In this document: positions 1-8,767 of the stretch, in pieces | Layout: each line of letters opens with the position of its first letter | Numbering within the stretch: the stretch's first letter is position 1 | Origin: Nitrosopumilaceae archaeon | GTDB taxonomy: Archaea > Thermoproteota > Nitrososphaeria > Nitrososphaerales > Nitrosopumilaceae | Assembly (NCBI GenBank): GCA_965214835.1 | Contig: CBDCCK010000002.1 | Coordinates: 1,120,001 to 1,184,000, forward strand | Length of the DNA stretch: 64,000 nt | Reading direction: 5' to 3' | Made by a program: the position numbers and the translations under genes | The notes under the pieces: model-generated | What the model was told of the DNA's origin: nothing | What the model saw: the letters and a program-made list of their open reading frames with translations, nothing else | Databases searched by the model: none

Positions 1-269
1 CATCCAAACTCCCTTACCATGTGGTGCATGTGTTGCTTTGGTTGTGCCTCCAAATGAAAGAGAGTCAGTAACGCAGATCCCGAATGGAATTTGATTTCCC
101 ACTTTCCGGCATCCGGCATGTCAAAATTCTGGCCATTCACACCCAACAGCTCTTCTAAGATGTTGCCGGGAGCACCAGTGCCCCCATAACTGTAATCGGA
201 CAGATTGTGCCATCCTGATGAAAGAATTTTGCGTACACGTGCAAACATCTCGTTGTCAGACAGCGTCAT
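1..269 (-). CDS. MvaI/BcnI-family type II restriction endonuclease, N-terminal part (runs off window edge; absent from ORF track)
   Basis: Manual translation from ATG at 269: MTLSDNEMFARVRKILSSGW...GGTGAPGNILEELLGVNGQNFDMPDAGKWEIKFHSGSALLTLFHLEAQP...REFGW. Shows the G-x-x-LE-x-LLG, PD...W-E-x-K and TLFH-x-E pattern of MvaI/BcnI. Start overlaps the MTase stop (ATGA). Confidence 0.8.
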   Translation of the reverse strand, partial: MTLSDNEMFARVRKILSSGWHNLSDYSYGGTGAPGNILEELLGVNGQNFDMPDAGKWEIKFHSGSALLTLFHLEAQPKQHMHHMVREFG

Positions 270-1030
270 ATCTTACGGCTCCTGACCTTTGCAATCCTGT
301 CCTCTGCCATTCTTACATAATCCGCCGATTTTTCTATGCCTATCCAGTCGATACCGGCCATCTCTGCTGCAATCGCCGTAGTCCCACTGCCCATAAACGG
401 ATCCAATACAGGGCCACGACCGGCTGCCTGAATGCATCTGGATGCCAGATCCACCGGAAACGGTGCAGGGTGTGGATTGTTGATTTCCTGATTGATTTTC
501 CAGATGCACCCTGCACTATTGGCTTTGGGGGCAAGCTTAAAGTCCGGTTTGGCAATAAGATAGATGACTTCGTAGTTGGGAAGAAAATAACCGGGATTGA
601 AGTTGATCCCGCCTGAACGCTGCCAGATTATAATCTGGCGCACGGGAAAACCATCCCGTATGTCGTGGCGATCCTGCATGATGCCATGCTGTACGCGCCA
701 TTTGTGGTTATAGAATATGGTACCGTCCGGCCTCAGTATGCGGAGCATTTCGGCAAGACACAGGCGCTGCCACTGCACATACATGTCATGTGGCATACAG
801 TCATCATGCCCGTCGTAGCCGTTCTGCAATGCGGCTTTGGACCACTTACCTCCGCTGCCGTTTTTTAGGCCGTTGCCAGCGCTGTTTTTTATGTTATATA
901 GAGGGGAAGTGACCACAAGTTTGGTGCTCTGATCTGGCATCCTCTGCATAATGTCAAGGCAGTCACCATGTAGAACACGGCCTATGAATTTTTTCAGGCT
1001 ATGGTGTCTTGTCTTTGATGCTTGTGCTAC
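266..1030 (-). CDS. Site-specific DNA methyltransferase (N4-C/N6-A, beta class)
   Basis: Motif IV TSPLY (normally TSPPY), HPAPFP and motif I VLDPFMGSGTT. The frame stays open upstream of ATG 949 through GRVLHGDCLDIM to about 1030, so the true start is uncertain. Confidence 0.85.
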   Translation of the reverse strand, partial: VAQASKTRHHSLKKFIGRVLHGDCLDIMQRMPDQSTKLVVTSPLYNIKNSAGNGLKNGSGGKWSKAALQNGYDGHDDCMPHDMYVQWQRLCLAEMLRILRPDGTIFYNHKWRVQHGIMQDRHDIRDGFPVRQIIIWQRSGGINFNPGYFLPNYEVIYLIAKPDFKLAPKANSAGCIWKINQEINNPHPAPFPVDLASRCIQAAGRGPVLDPFMGSGTTAIAAEMAGIDWIGIEKSADYVRMAEDRIAKVRSRKI

Positions 1031-1290
1031 TCGGGTGGGGCCGCACGGAACGACGTTTTGTTTATCATCTTAAATTCAGCCGTAAGTTCTGACAGTCTTG
1101 TGTTTAGTTTCATCATCTGCCTTTTTGTTTCATCGATTTCCATCTTCAGTGCCTTTTTTCTGGATTCTGGCTTTGATTCTGCCCCGCAGTACACGTCAAC
1201 CTTTTTTCCATCTGGATAATGAATGAAATACACGTAATTTTTGCCGTTAATTTCTTTGACCCTGACTACCATGTAGTAACAAGACATCAC
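1027..1290 (-). CDS. Small putative DNA-binding protein with coiled-coil tail
   Basis: KEINGKNYVY...GKKVDVYCG beta-hairpin pattern seen in archaeal mobile-element proteins. Divergent from the transposase and first gene of the RM operon. Confidence 0.55.
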   Translation of the reverse strand: MMSCYYMVVRVKEINGKNYVYFIHYPDGKKVDVYCGAESKPESRKKALKMEIDETKRQMMKLNTRLSELTAEFKMINKTSFRAAPPE

Positions 1291-1309
1291 GTACTATTAA
1301 AAAATTTAG

Positions 1310-1359
1310 CCCTATACATAGGTAAATTTTATACTATATTTACCCCTTTACATAGGTAA
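1310..1359. promoter_or_regulatory. Putative operator: two 16-bp direct repeats in an AT-rich divergent promoter region
   Basis: ccctatacataggtaa (1310-1325) and ccctttacataggtaa (1344-1359), 15/16 identical, flanking a TATA-like ttttatact. Confidence 0.5.
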
Positions 1360-1516
1360 GATGAATCAAAAGGGGTGAGGGCAATGATGAAAAAACAAGG
1401 GCCGGTCGCTATACTAGAGACTGACCGTGACGGTATGATGAGATATCAAGCCGTGACATCTGAGCCCTCATCTTATGATTCCAATCGTTCTATTTTAGTT
1501 TTTGAGGTGCGTTCCG

Positions 1517-1608
1517 GTATGTGGTCACGTCCCTTGCTAGCTAGGCGTGAAGATCACAATCATTCATGCTAATTCGTGCCTGACTGGCGGGGGTAGGTGA
1601 CCTCATAC
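1517..1608 (+). mobile_element. MITE family A, copy 1 (92 bp)
   Basis: TIR GTATG(T/A)GGTCAC; exact 8-bp TSD GCGTTCCG (1509-1516 / 1609-1616); homologous copies at 60647, 61760 and 62582. Confidence 0.92.
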
Positions 1609-1617
1609 GCGTTCCGC

Positions 1618-2838
1618 ATGAGTCCAAGAGAGGTTAGGGGCAAACAGATCGCAGAAAACCCAAACCAAATCGCCAGAATTAACGATACTCATTATACCGT
1701 AAAATCACAATCCCGAAACATCTGGCATGATATCATTGCCACGGAGCTGGCCGGATCTGCTCCTGCGAGGATCACCAATTCCGAAGTATGTGCTGCAAAC
1801 ACATCCATGCAGTAGAAATATCGATTCAAATCCACCGACAGGTCAAAGACGACATCATCATTGAAGAGGTTACAATAGACTCGTGCCAAAAATGCAAATC
1901 AGGCAGCATTAAGAAGGACGGCATAAGAAAAAACAAAAGCGGCAACATCCAGAGGTTCAAATGTCTTGACTGCAAGCACAGATTCTCAATCAACCTGGGC
2001 TTTGAGAGGATGAGGGCAACGCCTGACCAGATAACGATGGCCATGAACCTGTACTTTAACGGCGAGTCGTCAAGAAAGGTCGCACAGTCAATAACACTCA
2101 CGGGTGTTAAAGTGTCCCACATTACGGTTTAAAGGTGGAGCAAAAAGTACGTTGAGCTGATGGACAGATACCTTGAAAAAATCACTCCGCAGGTGGGCGA
2201 GGCATGGAGGACGGACGAGTTGTACTTGAAGATCAAAGGAGACCGAAAGTACCTCTTTGCCATACTGGACTCGGAGAACGGTTCTGGCTGGCCCAGATGG
2301 TGTCAGAACACAAGGGCAACGACGATGTGCCCCCAATGTTCAAGGACACAAAAAAGAGGGCAGGTAAGGTTCCAAGCACATTAGACTTTATGCGTAATCG
2401 GCTCAGATCTAGGATTATTACGAACAAATTCATCTCATTTAGGTCGATTACGCATAAAGTCTATTAGTCTCCGACGAGGCTGCAAACTTTCACCATGCCT
2501 GGAGGGAACAGTACAGGCCTAGGAACTTCCTGCACAAGGACACCGAACACCACAGGCACATCCATCTCTCCGGCGACACGAACAACAACCAGATGGAGTC
2601 CCTCAACGGCAACACGCTAAGGGCCCGCGAGAAGGTTATCCGGGGAATCAAGAAGGATGATTCTGCAATATTCAGGGGGATGCAGCTCCACCACAACTAT
2701 ATCCGCCCGCACCGGGGTCTTGATGGCGACACGCCTGCCGACAGGGCCGGAATCAAGATTCGAGGGAATAACAAGTGGAAGACAATAATCCAGAACGCCA
2801 GCACCCGACACTTTCCACTAGAAAACAGCACCCGATAA
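1618..2838 (+). pseudogene. IS6-like DDE transposase with N-terminal SWIM and zinc-ribbon domains, disrupted
   Basis: Fragments: CSCEDH...CKHIHAV (SWIM), CQKC...CLDC (Zn ribbon), WRTDELYLKI, LVSDE, NNNQMESLNG, HHNYIRPH...TPA. Frameshifts near 1750 and 2278, in-frame TAA at 2130-2132, MITE B at 2383. Confidence 0.88.
2383..2462 (-). mobile_element. MITE family B, copy 1 (80 bp)
   Basis: TIR AGACTTTATGCGTAATCG; 3-bp TSD ATT; removal restores the transposase frame PSTLVSDE. Confidence 0.92.
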
Positions 2839-2850
2839 CTTACCAGTTCC
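2710..2850 (+). repeat. 3' end and putative right TIR of IS6-like element 1 (duplicated at 4559-4695)
   Basis: Both copies end in gataacttaccagttcc (reverse complement GGAACTGGTAAGTTATC, a GG-starting IS6-like terminus) and diverge just after it. Confidence 0.8.
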
Positions 2851-2900
2851 GCGCCACCTCCATTCTTAAGTTTAAGTACAAATCAGGGTCTAGGATTAGT

Positions 2901-3299
2901 GTGGATGATATCATCAAGAGAACGTCAATCAAAATATTAGAATCTCTGCAAACAACCTTGGAGAAAGGCAATTTGGATGATGCCGCCACTTTCGGCACTA
3001 CGCTCACCGAAATCTCCGTCATACTGGATTCTAAGATGGGGGTGTTTATCGGCGAAACCGTCGAATCTTCTTTTATGCAGCTAGCCGAAGAGGCACGTTC
3101 GTACGAGATCAGCGATGAGGAATATTCCAAAGAAATACAAGAACTGAATTCATGTGCAAATGATCTGCTGAACGCGATCAAGTCAGGCGAAAACAGCAAC
3201 ATTTATTCCGCTCTTCTCGAACTTCGCTTTCATGCGACAAAAAAGCAGTACAGCTGGTCCGGCAAATACAAACGTCGTCGTTCCGCACGGTTTAGGTGA
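2901..3299 (+). CDS. Hypothetical alpha-helical protein, first gene of the PIN cassette
   Basis: ORF 2775-3299; likely GTG start at 2901 after TATA-like tttaagta; overlaps the next ORF. Confidence 0.55.
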   Translation: MDDIIKRTSIKILESLQTTLEKGNLDDAATFGTTLTEISVILDSKMGVFIGETVESSFMQLAEEARSYEISDEEYSKEIQELNSCANDLLNAIKSGENSNIYSALLELRFHATKKQYSWSGKYKRRRSARFR

Positions 3300-3790
3300 A
3301 AGTGATGGTTTCTAAGAACTGGGATGAAAGAGAACGAGAAATCGAACAAGGCCAAGGCCACCGGACACTAAGACACAATCAGGAAAACCCGCCATACGCA
3401 GAAGAGTCCGACGAGCGTTTTGCCACGCATCGCATCGTCCGTTTTTCCATACTAAAAAAACAGCGCACCGGCAAAGCATATCGCGCACTAGTCATTGAAA
3501 ACATGCAGTTCAGGTCGGAGCTGGACGGCCAAGCGAAGGAAATCCTATGTCTGCGGGAAAAAATCTCGGAACTGAAAGAGAAAGTCCAGGATCTGCGGGA
3601 AGGCTATAAGCGTATGCGGCTTGACGACATGCTTGAGCAGAACAAGGTCAGCAGAAAGGAGCTAGAGTCCATATTCGGCAACGAACCCGATTATGCGGAC
3701 ACCGCATCTCTTGACGGGTTACTGAAGAATTATGTGGATCCAAAGCAAAATTCACAAGAGTTGGTAAGGTCTGTCAGAGATAGGTACTGA
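3296..3790 (+). CDS. Coiled-coil protein, putative VapB-like antitoxin
   Basis: Directly upstream of the PIN gene; C-terminus NSQELVRSVRDRY resembles archaeal VapB tails. Confidence 0.5.
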   Translation: MKVMVSKNWDEREREIEQGQGHRTLRHNQENPPYAEESDERFATHRIVRFSILKKQRTGKAYRALVIENMQFRSELDGQAKEILCLREKISELKEKVQDLREGYKRMRLDDMLEQNKVSRKELESIFGNEPDYADTASLDGLLKNYVDPKQNSQELVRSVRDRY

Positions 3791-4531
3791 CAGGCTGGTT
3801 TATTAGACCTTATGCATAATCGACCTGAATGAGGCGAGTTTGTTCGCAATAATCCTAGATCTGAACCGATTACGCATAAAGTCTATTACGATACCAACGT
3901 CTGGATATCCTACATGCTGGGTGAGAAGGACGGCTATTATGCCAGCTGCAAGCCTTTGATCGAGGACATAGAAAGCAAGAGAAAAATCGCCGTCGTGTCA
4001 CACTTGGTAATCATCGAGGCCATACACGTGTTGCGACAAAGGATCATTGAGAAAAGCAGGTTTGCCGGTGATGATAGGACGGAGCGCGACAGGATCATTG
4101 ATGTGGCAAACGCCATTGTAGGCAAGTTCGTATCCATGGCGGTCAAGTTATCCAAAGAAAAAAAGATCATCATTGCGAGACCCGACCGAAAGATCCACGA
4201 GCATCATTGCACGGTCATGAAAAAAATGAAGGGTTACTTTGGACATGTCAGGACAGTAAGCATGTGCCCATATTGCGAAAAAGGGCGCGTTGGCAGAGAA
4301 GATCAGAACGTCTGCCCGTCATGCAAGAACAGCCGCAAGCCGCTCAGCAGACACCAGTACAAGGCATTGGGTCACGCAGACATAGAGCGTGCATATTTTG
4401 CCAGTTACCACTCCGTTCCGCTGTTCTGTTCCACGGACAAGTCATTCCGTGATTTGAAAAACGATTCTGACTTTGGCCGAACAACATTTCAAGTGATTCC
4501 GCACCCCTCAACGCGGGATCGTTTCCAGTGA
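3771..4531 (+). pseudogene. PIN-domain (VapC-like) nuclease with internal Zn ribbon, interrupted near the 5' end by MITE B
   Basis: Removing 3805-3884 plus one TSD restores LVYYDTNVWISYM. Also SHLVIIEAI, GHADIE and STDKSF, with a CPYC...CPSC insert. Start codon uncertain. Confidence 0.8.
3805..3884 (+). mobile_element. MITE family B, copy 2 (80 bp)
   Basis: Same TIR with two mismatches; TSD ATT (3802-3804 / 3885-3887). Confidence 0.92.
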
Positions 4532-4541
4532 TATCCTCAAT

Positions 4542-4695
4542 AGACCTTATGCGTAATCACAGGGACTGACGGGAGTACCCCGGCAGACAGGGCCGGAATC
4601 AGGATTCAGGGAGGCAGCAAGTGGAAGACAATAATCCAGAACGCCAGCACCCGACACTTTTCACTAGAAAACAGCACCGATAACTTACCAGTTCC
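4542..4695 (+). mobile_element. Solo MITE-B terminus (4542-4558) fused to a second copy of the IS6-like 3' end
   Basis: agaccttatgcgtaatc runs directly into sequence encoding DGSTPADRAGIRIQGGSKWKTIIQNAS and then gataacttaccagttcc. Confidence 0.8.
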
Positions 4696-4696
4696 C

Positions 4697-5428
4697 CTAG
4701 GTCATTATGATGTCGCCTAGCTGCCTGGGGGTGATTTTTTGGGCGCCCCTGATCGCCGACGTTGAATAAATCTCAGGGTTCCTTGCGTGCAGCCATGCAA
4801 GAAGCGACTCTGCCTCCTTGAGCTTTTTGAGTTTGGCGAGGCGATCCGCTCTTTTTGTGTTAGAATACCTGCCTATCTTGCATCCAAAGTCCATCCCAAG
4901 CAAAATGATTTTCTTTGCTCCAAAGTGGTGTGCTAAAAATACGGCGCGATCGCCGTCGGTGAATCCCCCAAAGTTGGAGATTCTTCCAAACGGCCTTGAC
5001 TGGGTCGTTCCAATGCACCTTGAAAAGCCTCTCACCATTGGAATTTTTTCCATGTTGTCCCCGTGTGCATGAACCACCATGATGCTTTTTTGCGATGCCT
5101 TGAGCAGTGATTTCGGGTCTCCGTCAAGATCCGTGACAACGATGTCTGGCTGGATTTTGTTTTGAATCAAAAACTCCGTTGCGCCGTCTGCTACGATTTT
5201 TGTAGTGTCCTTGTATTTTTTTAAGACTGGCAGGGATCTTGCAACTGAGGGGCCCGCTCCGACCACCATGACCGGCCTTCCAGAGATCGCTTTTTTAAGG
5301 CAGCCGGGGCTTGACCTTCCCCTTATTGCCGAATCCAAAAGCCGGGCTGACTCCTCGTCCTGCCTGCGCGAATAGCCGAATTTTTTGCGAATTCTCGCAT
5401 ACCTTGACTCCCAGCCCCGTATGGCCAT
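4697..5428 (-). CDS. mptE: 6-hydroxymethyl-7,8-dihydropterin pyrophosphokinase (DUF115)
   Basis: VVGAGPS, IVADGA, VTDLDG, VHAHGDN and NFGGFTDGDRAVFLA motifs; divergent from folP. Confidence 0.88.
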   Translation of the reverse strand: MAIRGWESRYARIRKKFGYSRRQDEESARLLDSAIRGRSSPGCLKKAISGRPVMVVGAGPSVARSLPVLKKYKDTTKIVADGATEFLIQNKIQPDIVVTDLDGDPKSLLKASQKSIMVVHAHGDNMEKIPMVRGFSRCIGTTQSRPFGRISNFGGFTDGDRAVFLAHHFGAKKIILLGMDFGCKIGRYSNTKRADRLAKLKKLKEAESLLAWLHARNPEIYSTSAIRGAQKITPRQLGDIIMT

Positions 5429-5462
5429 ATGACTCAAATTGGATTGGCACGTCATAAATCAT

Positions 5463-6317
5463 ATGAGGCTAGGCCCGGTACGTGTTGGGGGAAGCAATCC
5501 GGTCAGAATCATGGGCATACTAAATGCCAGTCCCGAGTCATTTTACAAAAGCTCCGTCAAGAGAACAAGGCAGTCGATTAAAAACACCGCAAGGCAAATG
5601 GAGGCAGACGGCGCCGACATCATAGACGTGGGCGGCATGTCAACTGCACCGTATCTGAAAACAGCGGTATCTGAAAAGACCGAGTCCAGGCGGGTAGTCG
5701 AGGCCGTCAAGGCAATCCAAGACGCCTCAAACCTGCCCATCTCGGTAGACACCTGCAGGTCCGGCACCGCAAAAGACGCAATGGATCTGGGCGTGGATAT
5801 TCTAAATGACATATCCGGCCTAAAGCACGATCCGCTGATGGCCGGTGTCCTGGCAGCGTACGACCCGTCTGTAGTTCTCTGCGCCTTTAGCAATTCCGTA
5901 TCCCGGGGGGATCCGGTCATACAAACAAAGAGTCTTCTCAAGGAAAGCATCGCTCTGGCAAGACGGTCAGGTACTGATCCCGAATCCATCACGCTTGACC
6001 CCTCCATCGGATTCTTCCGAAGGTCAGGACGCGGGGAATTTTTTACCAAAATTACGACTGACTGGTTTTTGCGCGACCAAAGAATAATCCGGAACCTGAA
6101 AAAAATAAAACAGGACCACCCGCTCTTGGTATCCGTTTCGAACAAGTCATTTGTTGGAAAGCTGCTTGACATAGACAACCCGCCTGATCGAGTTTGCGGA
6201 TCGGTAATCGTGGAGGCAATCTGCGTCCTAAATGGCGCAGACGTGATCCGCACCCACAACGTCTATCAAACAAAGCGGACTGTAAGCATAGCTGAGAGGA
6301 TTCCTAAAGGCTTATAA
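5463..6317 (+). CDS. folP: Dihydropteroate synthase
   Basis: IMGILNASPESF, IDVGGMST, ISVDT, LNDISG, SNKSF and IRTHNV motifs. Confidence 0.92.
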   Translation: MRLGPVRVGGSNPVRIMGILNASPESFYKSSVKRTRQSIKNTARQMEADGADIIDVGGMSTAPYLKTAVSEKTESRRVVEAVKAIQDASNLPISVDTCRSGTAKDAMDLGVDILNDISGLKHDPLMAGVLAAYDPSVVLCAFSNSVSRGDPVIQTKSLLKESIALARRSGTDPESITLDPSIGFFRRSGRGEFFTKITTDWFLRDQRIIRNLKKIKQDHPLLVSVSNKSFVGKLLDIDNPPDRVCGSVIVEAICVLNGADVIRTHNVYQTKRTVSIAERIPKGL

Positions 6318-6347
6318 TGCATTTTCAAACCTTTGATAAAGGTTTCA

Positions 6348-7781
6348 TTGGAGTTCAAGGAGGGATTAACTTTTGACGACGTTCTTCTCATACCCAAATA
6401 TTCAGATATCACCACCCGATCACAGGCGAATCTCAGTACAAGACTGTCTCGCAACATCACCCTGAATATTCCCCTGGTCAGCGCAAACATGGATACCGTC
6501 ACAGAGTCGTCTATGGCAGTAGCCATGTCCCAGCACGGCGGAATCGGCATAATTCACAGATTCCTAACCGTCAAGGAGCAGGTAAGCGAGGTTCTAAAGG
6601 TCAAGCGCTCGGGAAGCGTAATGATTGAAAACCCCTACACGATCAACTCCCAGCAGAGCGTTCAAAACGCACTAGACTATGTGGATGAAAAGGAGGCGTC
6701 CGGACTGCTAGTTGTTGACTCGGATTCCAAGCTTGTGGGGATTGTAACTGCAAGGGATCTTCTCTTTGAGACCGACATGTCCAATCCAATCAGGAATGTG
6801 ATGACAAGAGATGTCGTAACTGCACAGCCTGAAGTCGGGCTAGACGAGGCAAAAGCAATCCTGCACAAAAACAAGATTGAAAAGCTCCCCCTAGTAGACG
6901 AGTCGGGCCACGTCAAGGGTCTGGTCACAAGCAAGGATATTACCGATATTGAAAACTTTCCCGCTGCAACAAAGGACAAAAAGGGCAGGCCGCTTGTCGG
7001 TGCCGCCGTTGGTGTCAAGGGAGACTTTATGGAAAGAGCCGAACAGCTGCTAGATGCAAATGCCGATGTAATTGTCGTGGATATAGCACACGGACACAGC
7101 GAAAACGCAATCAGCACCGTAAGGAATATCAAAAAGGCATTCCCTGACTGCGAGCTAATCGCAGGAAATGTTGCAACCGGCTCTGGCGCCGAAGACTTGA
7201 TCAGGGCGGGAGTCGATGCAGTAAAGGTCGGCGTCGGCTCTGGCTCGATCTGCATTACGAGGGTCATTACCGGCTCTGGCGTCCCGCAGCTTACTGCGGT
7301 TATCGAGTGCGCTAGGGTGGGCCGTGACAACGACGTTCCGATAATCTCTGATGGCGGTACGAGAACATCCGGCGATGCCACCAAGGCACTGGCTGCGGGA
7401 GCATCGACTGTCATGGTTGGAAGCCTGCTTGGGGGCACGGACGAGTCCCCAGGGACCGTTTTGACCAAGAACGGCAAGCGGTTCAAGGTCTACCGAGGAA
7501 TGGCATCACTGGCCGCATCCATTGGCAGAAAGTCAAAAGAGACCGGCATCACCGCACTTGAGGACGATCTCAATGACTATGTGGCCGAGGGGGTGGAGGC
7601 CATGGTTCCGTACAAGGGCACAGTCGTCGACATTCTAAAGCAGCTAGGCGGCGGCATACGCTCGGGCCTGAGCTATTGCGGCGCGCGCACCATTCCCCAA
7701 ATGCAGCAAAATGCCGAATTCATCAAAATGTCAAGGGCCGGGTTTGCCGAAAGCCAGCCTCACGACGTATCCCTGATGTAG
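6348..7781 (+). CDS. guaB: IMP dehydrogenase
   Basis: LTFDDVLLIP, SANMDTVTE, CBS pair, GVGSGSICITR and YRGMAS. Confidence 0.97.
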   Translation: MEFKEGLTFDDVLLIPKYSDITTRSQANLSTRLSRNITLNIPLVSANMDTVTESSMAVAMSQHGGIGIIHRFLTVKEQVSEVLKVKRSGSVMIENPYTINSQQSVQNALDYVDEKEASGLLVVDSDSKLVGIVTARDLLFETDMSNPIRNVMTRDVVTAQPEVGLDEAKAILHKNKIEKLPLVDESGHVKGLVTSKDITDIENFPAATKDKKGRPLVGAAVGVKGDFMERAEQLLDANADVIVVDIAHGHSENAISTVRNIKKAFPDCELIAGNVATGSGAEDLIRAGVDAVKVGVGSGSICITRVITGSGVPQLTAVIECARVGRDNDVPIISDGGTRTSGDATKALAAGASTVMVGSLLGGTDESPGTVLTKNGKRFKVYRGMASLAASIGRKSKETGITALEDDLNDYVAEGVEAMVPYKGTVVDILKQLGGGIRSGLSYCGARTIPQMQQNAEFIKMSRAGFAESQPHDVSLM

Positions 7782-7817
7782 CAGGCTACGCCTTGCAGCT
7801 TTTTCCACAAAATTCCT

Positions 7818-7892
7818 AGTCTGCCGAACCCCGATTTTAGGCACGAAGAATTGGCCGTTTTTACGCGTTCAGGCACGATTGTGCAACAAGCT
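7818..7892 (+). repeat. Degenerate dispersed repeat / putative MITE family G
   Basis: Aligns with 43929-44007 (agtctgccg...gattttaggcac...gtttttacgcg...tgca.caa). Its right end is the exact 14-bp reverse complement of 12032-12045. Confidence 0.55.
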
Positions 7893-8091
7893 AAAAATTC
7901 CAGGTTCTGTAACATCTTCGAGGGAAACATGAAATACAAATCTTCTCCGAATTGCTCATTCAGTAGCCTTGTTTAGTGAGGCGTTCTGAATGATGGTCTT
8001 CCACTTGTTCTTACCGTCAATCTCAATCATGGCTTCCTGAGCTGGCGTCTTGCCCTTTAGAGATCCGTGTTTCTTTGTAAAATTATAGTAT

Positions 8092-8171
8092 AGACTTTAT
8101 GCGTAATCGACCTGAATGAGGCGAATTTGTTCGTAATAATCCCGGATCTGAACCGATTACGCATAAAGTCT
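8092..8171 (+). mobile_element. MITE family B, copy 3 (80 bp)
   Basis: Perfect TIR; TSD TAT (8089-8091 / 8172-8174); removal restores MRVYYNFTKKH. Confidence 0.93.
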
Positions 8172-8649
8172 TATACTCTCATGCCTTCGATTATGGAAGT
8201 GTCCATTTTCTTTAATCCTCTGAATACTTTCTCACGGTCTCGAATCTCACCGTTCAATCTTTCCATCTTGTTGTTGTTTTTGTTACCCTGAATGTGAATG
8301 TGTCTAGTATGCATTGTATCTTTTCCAAACACTTTCTTGCTTGATTTCATATAAGCTTGTAATCCATCAGTGATGAAAATCTTGGGATTCTTGCCAGCTT
8401 GCTTCTTTGTCAGTTCTAATAGATTGTCTGCATTGTGATGAAATTTGTTATCTGCCATGTCACTAGCCAACCAGTATCTAGTATCATCATCCATTGAAGC
8501 AAATAGATAATTCTGTTTTCCAGCTACCTTTATCCAAGCCTCATCAGCTCGAAACCAGTCGCCAACCCTTGGTACTATTCCATTAAGATAAACAGAAGCC
8601 AGTTTGGGATAATCACAAACCCATCTATAGATAGTCATATGTGAAACCT

Positions 8650-8767
8650 GTAACAGGATATCCTCTAGCCAGAGTTGAAGCCATGTTCCTTACAGGATAG
8701 GCATGAAAACCACAACTGCAGGCAAATGTGTGCCTTATTGCTGCCTAGGCAGGGGCTGTCCTGTTAC
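8650..8767. mobile_element. MITE family C (118 bp)
   Basis: Imperfect TIR GTAACAGGAYAKCCYCT; exact 8-bp TSD TGAAACCT; removal restores GIEVSHMTIYRW. Confidence 0.9.

Noticed and set aside
2130-2132. Stop-codon readthrough or recoding in transposase 1
   Set aside because: It is TAA in a gene that also has two frameshifts and a MITE; ordinary decay explains it.
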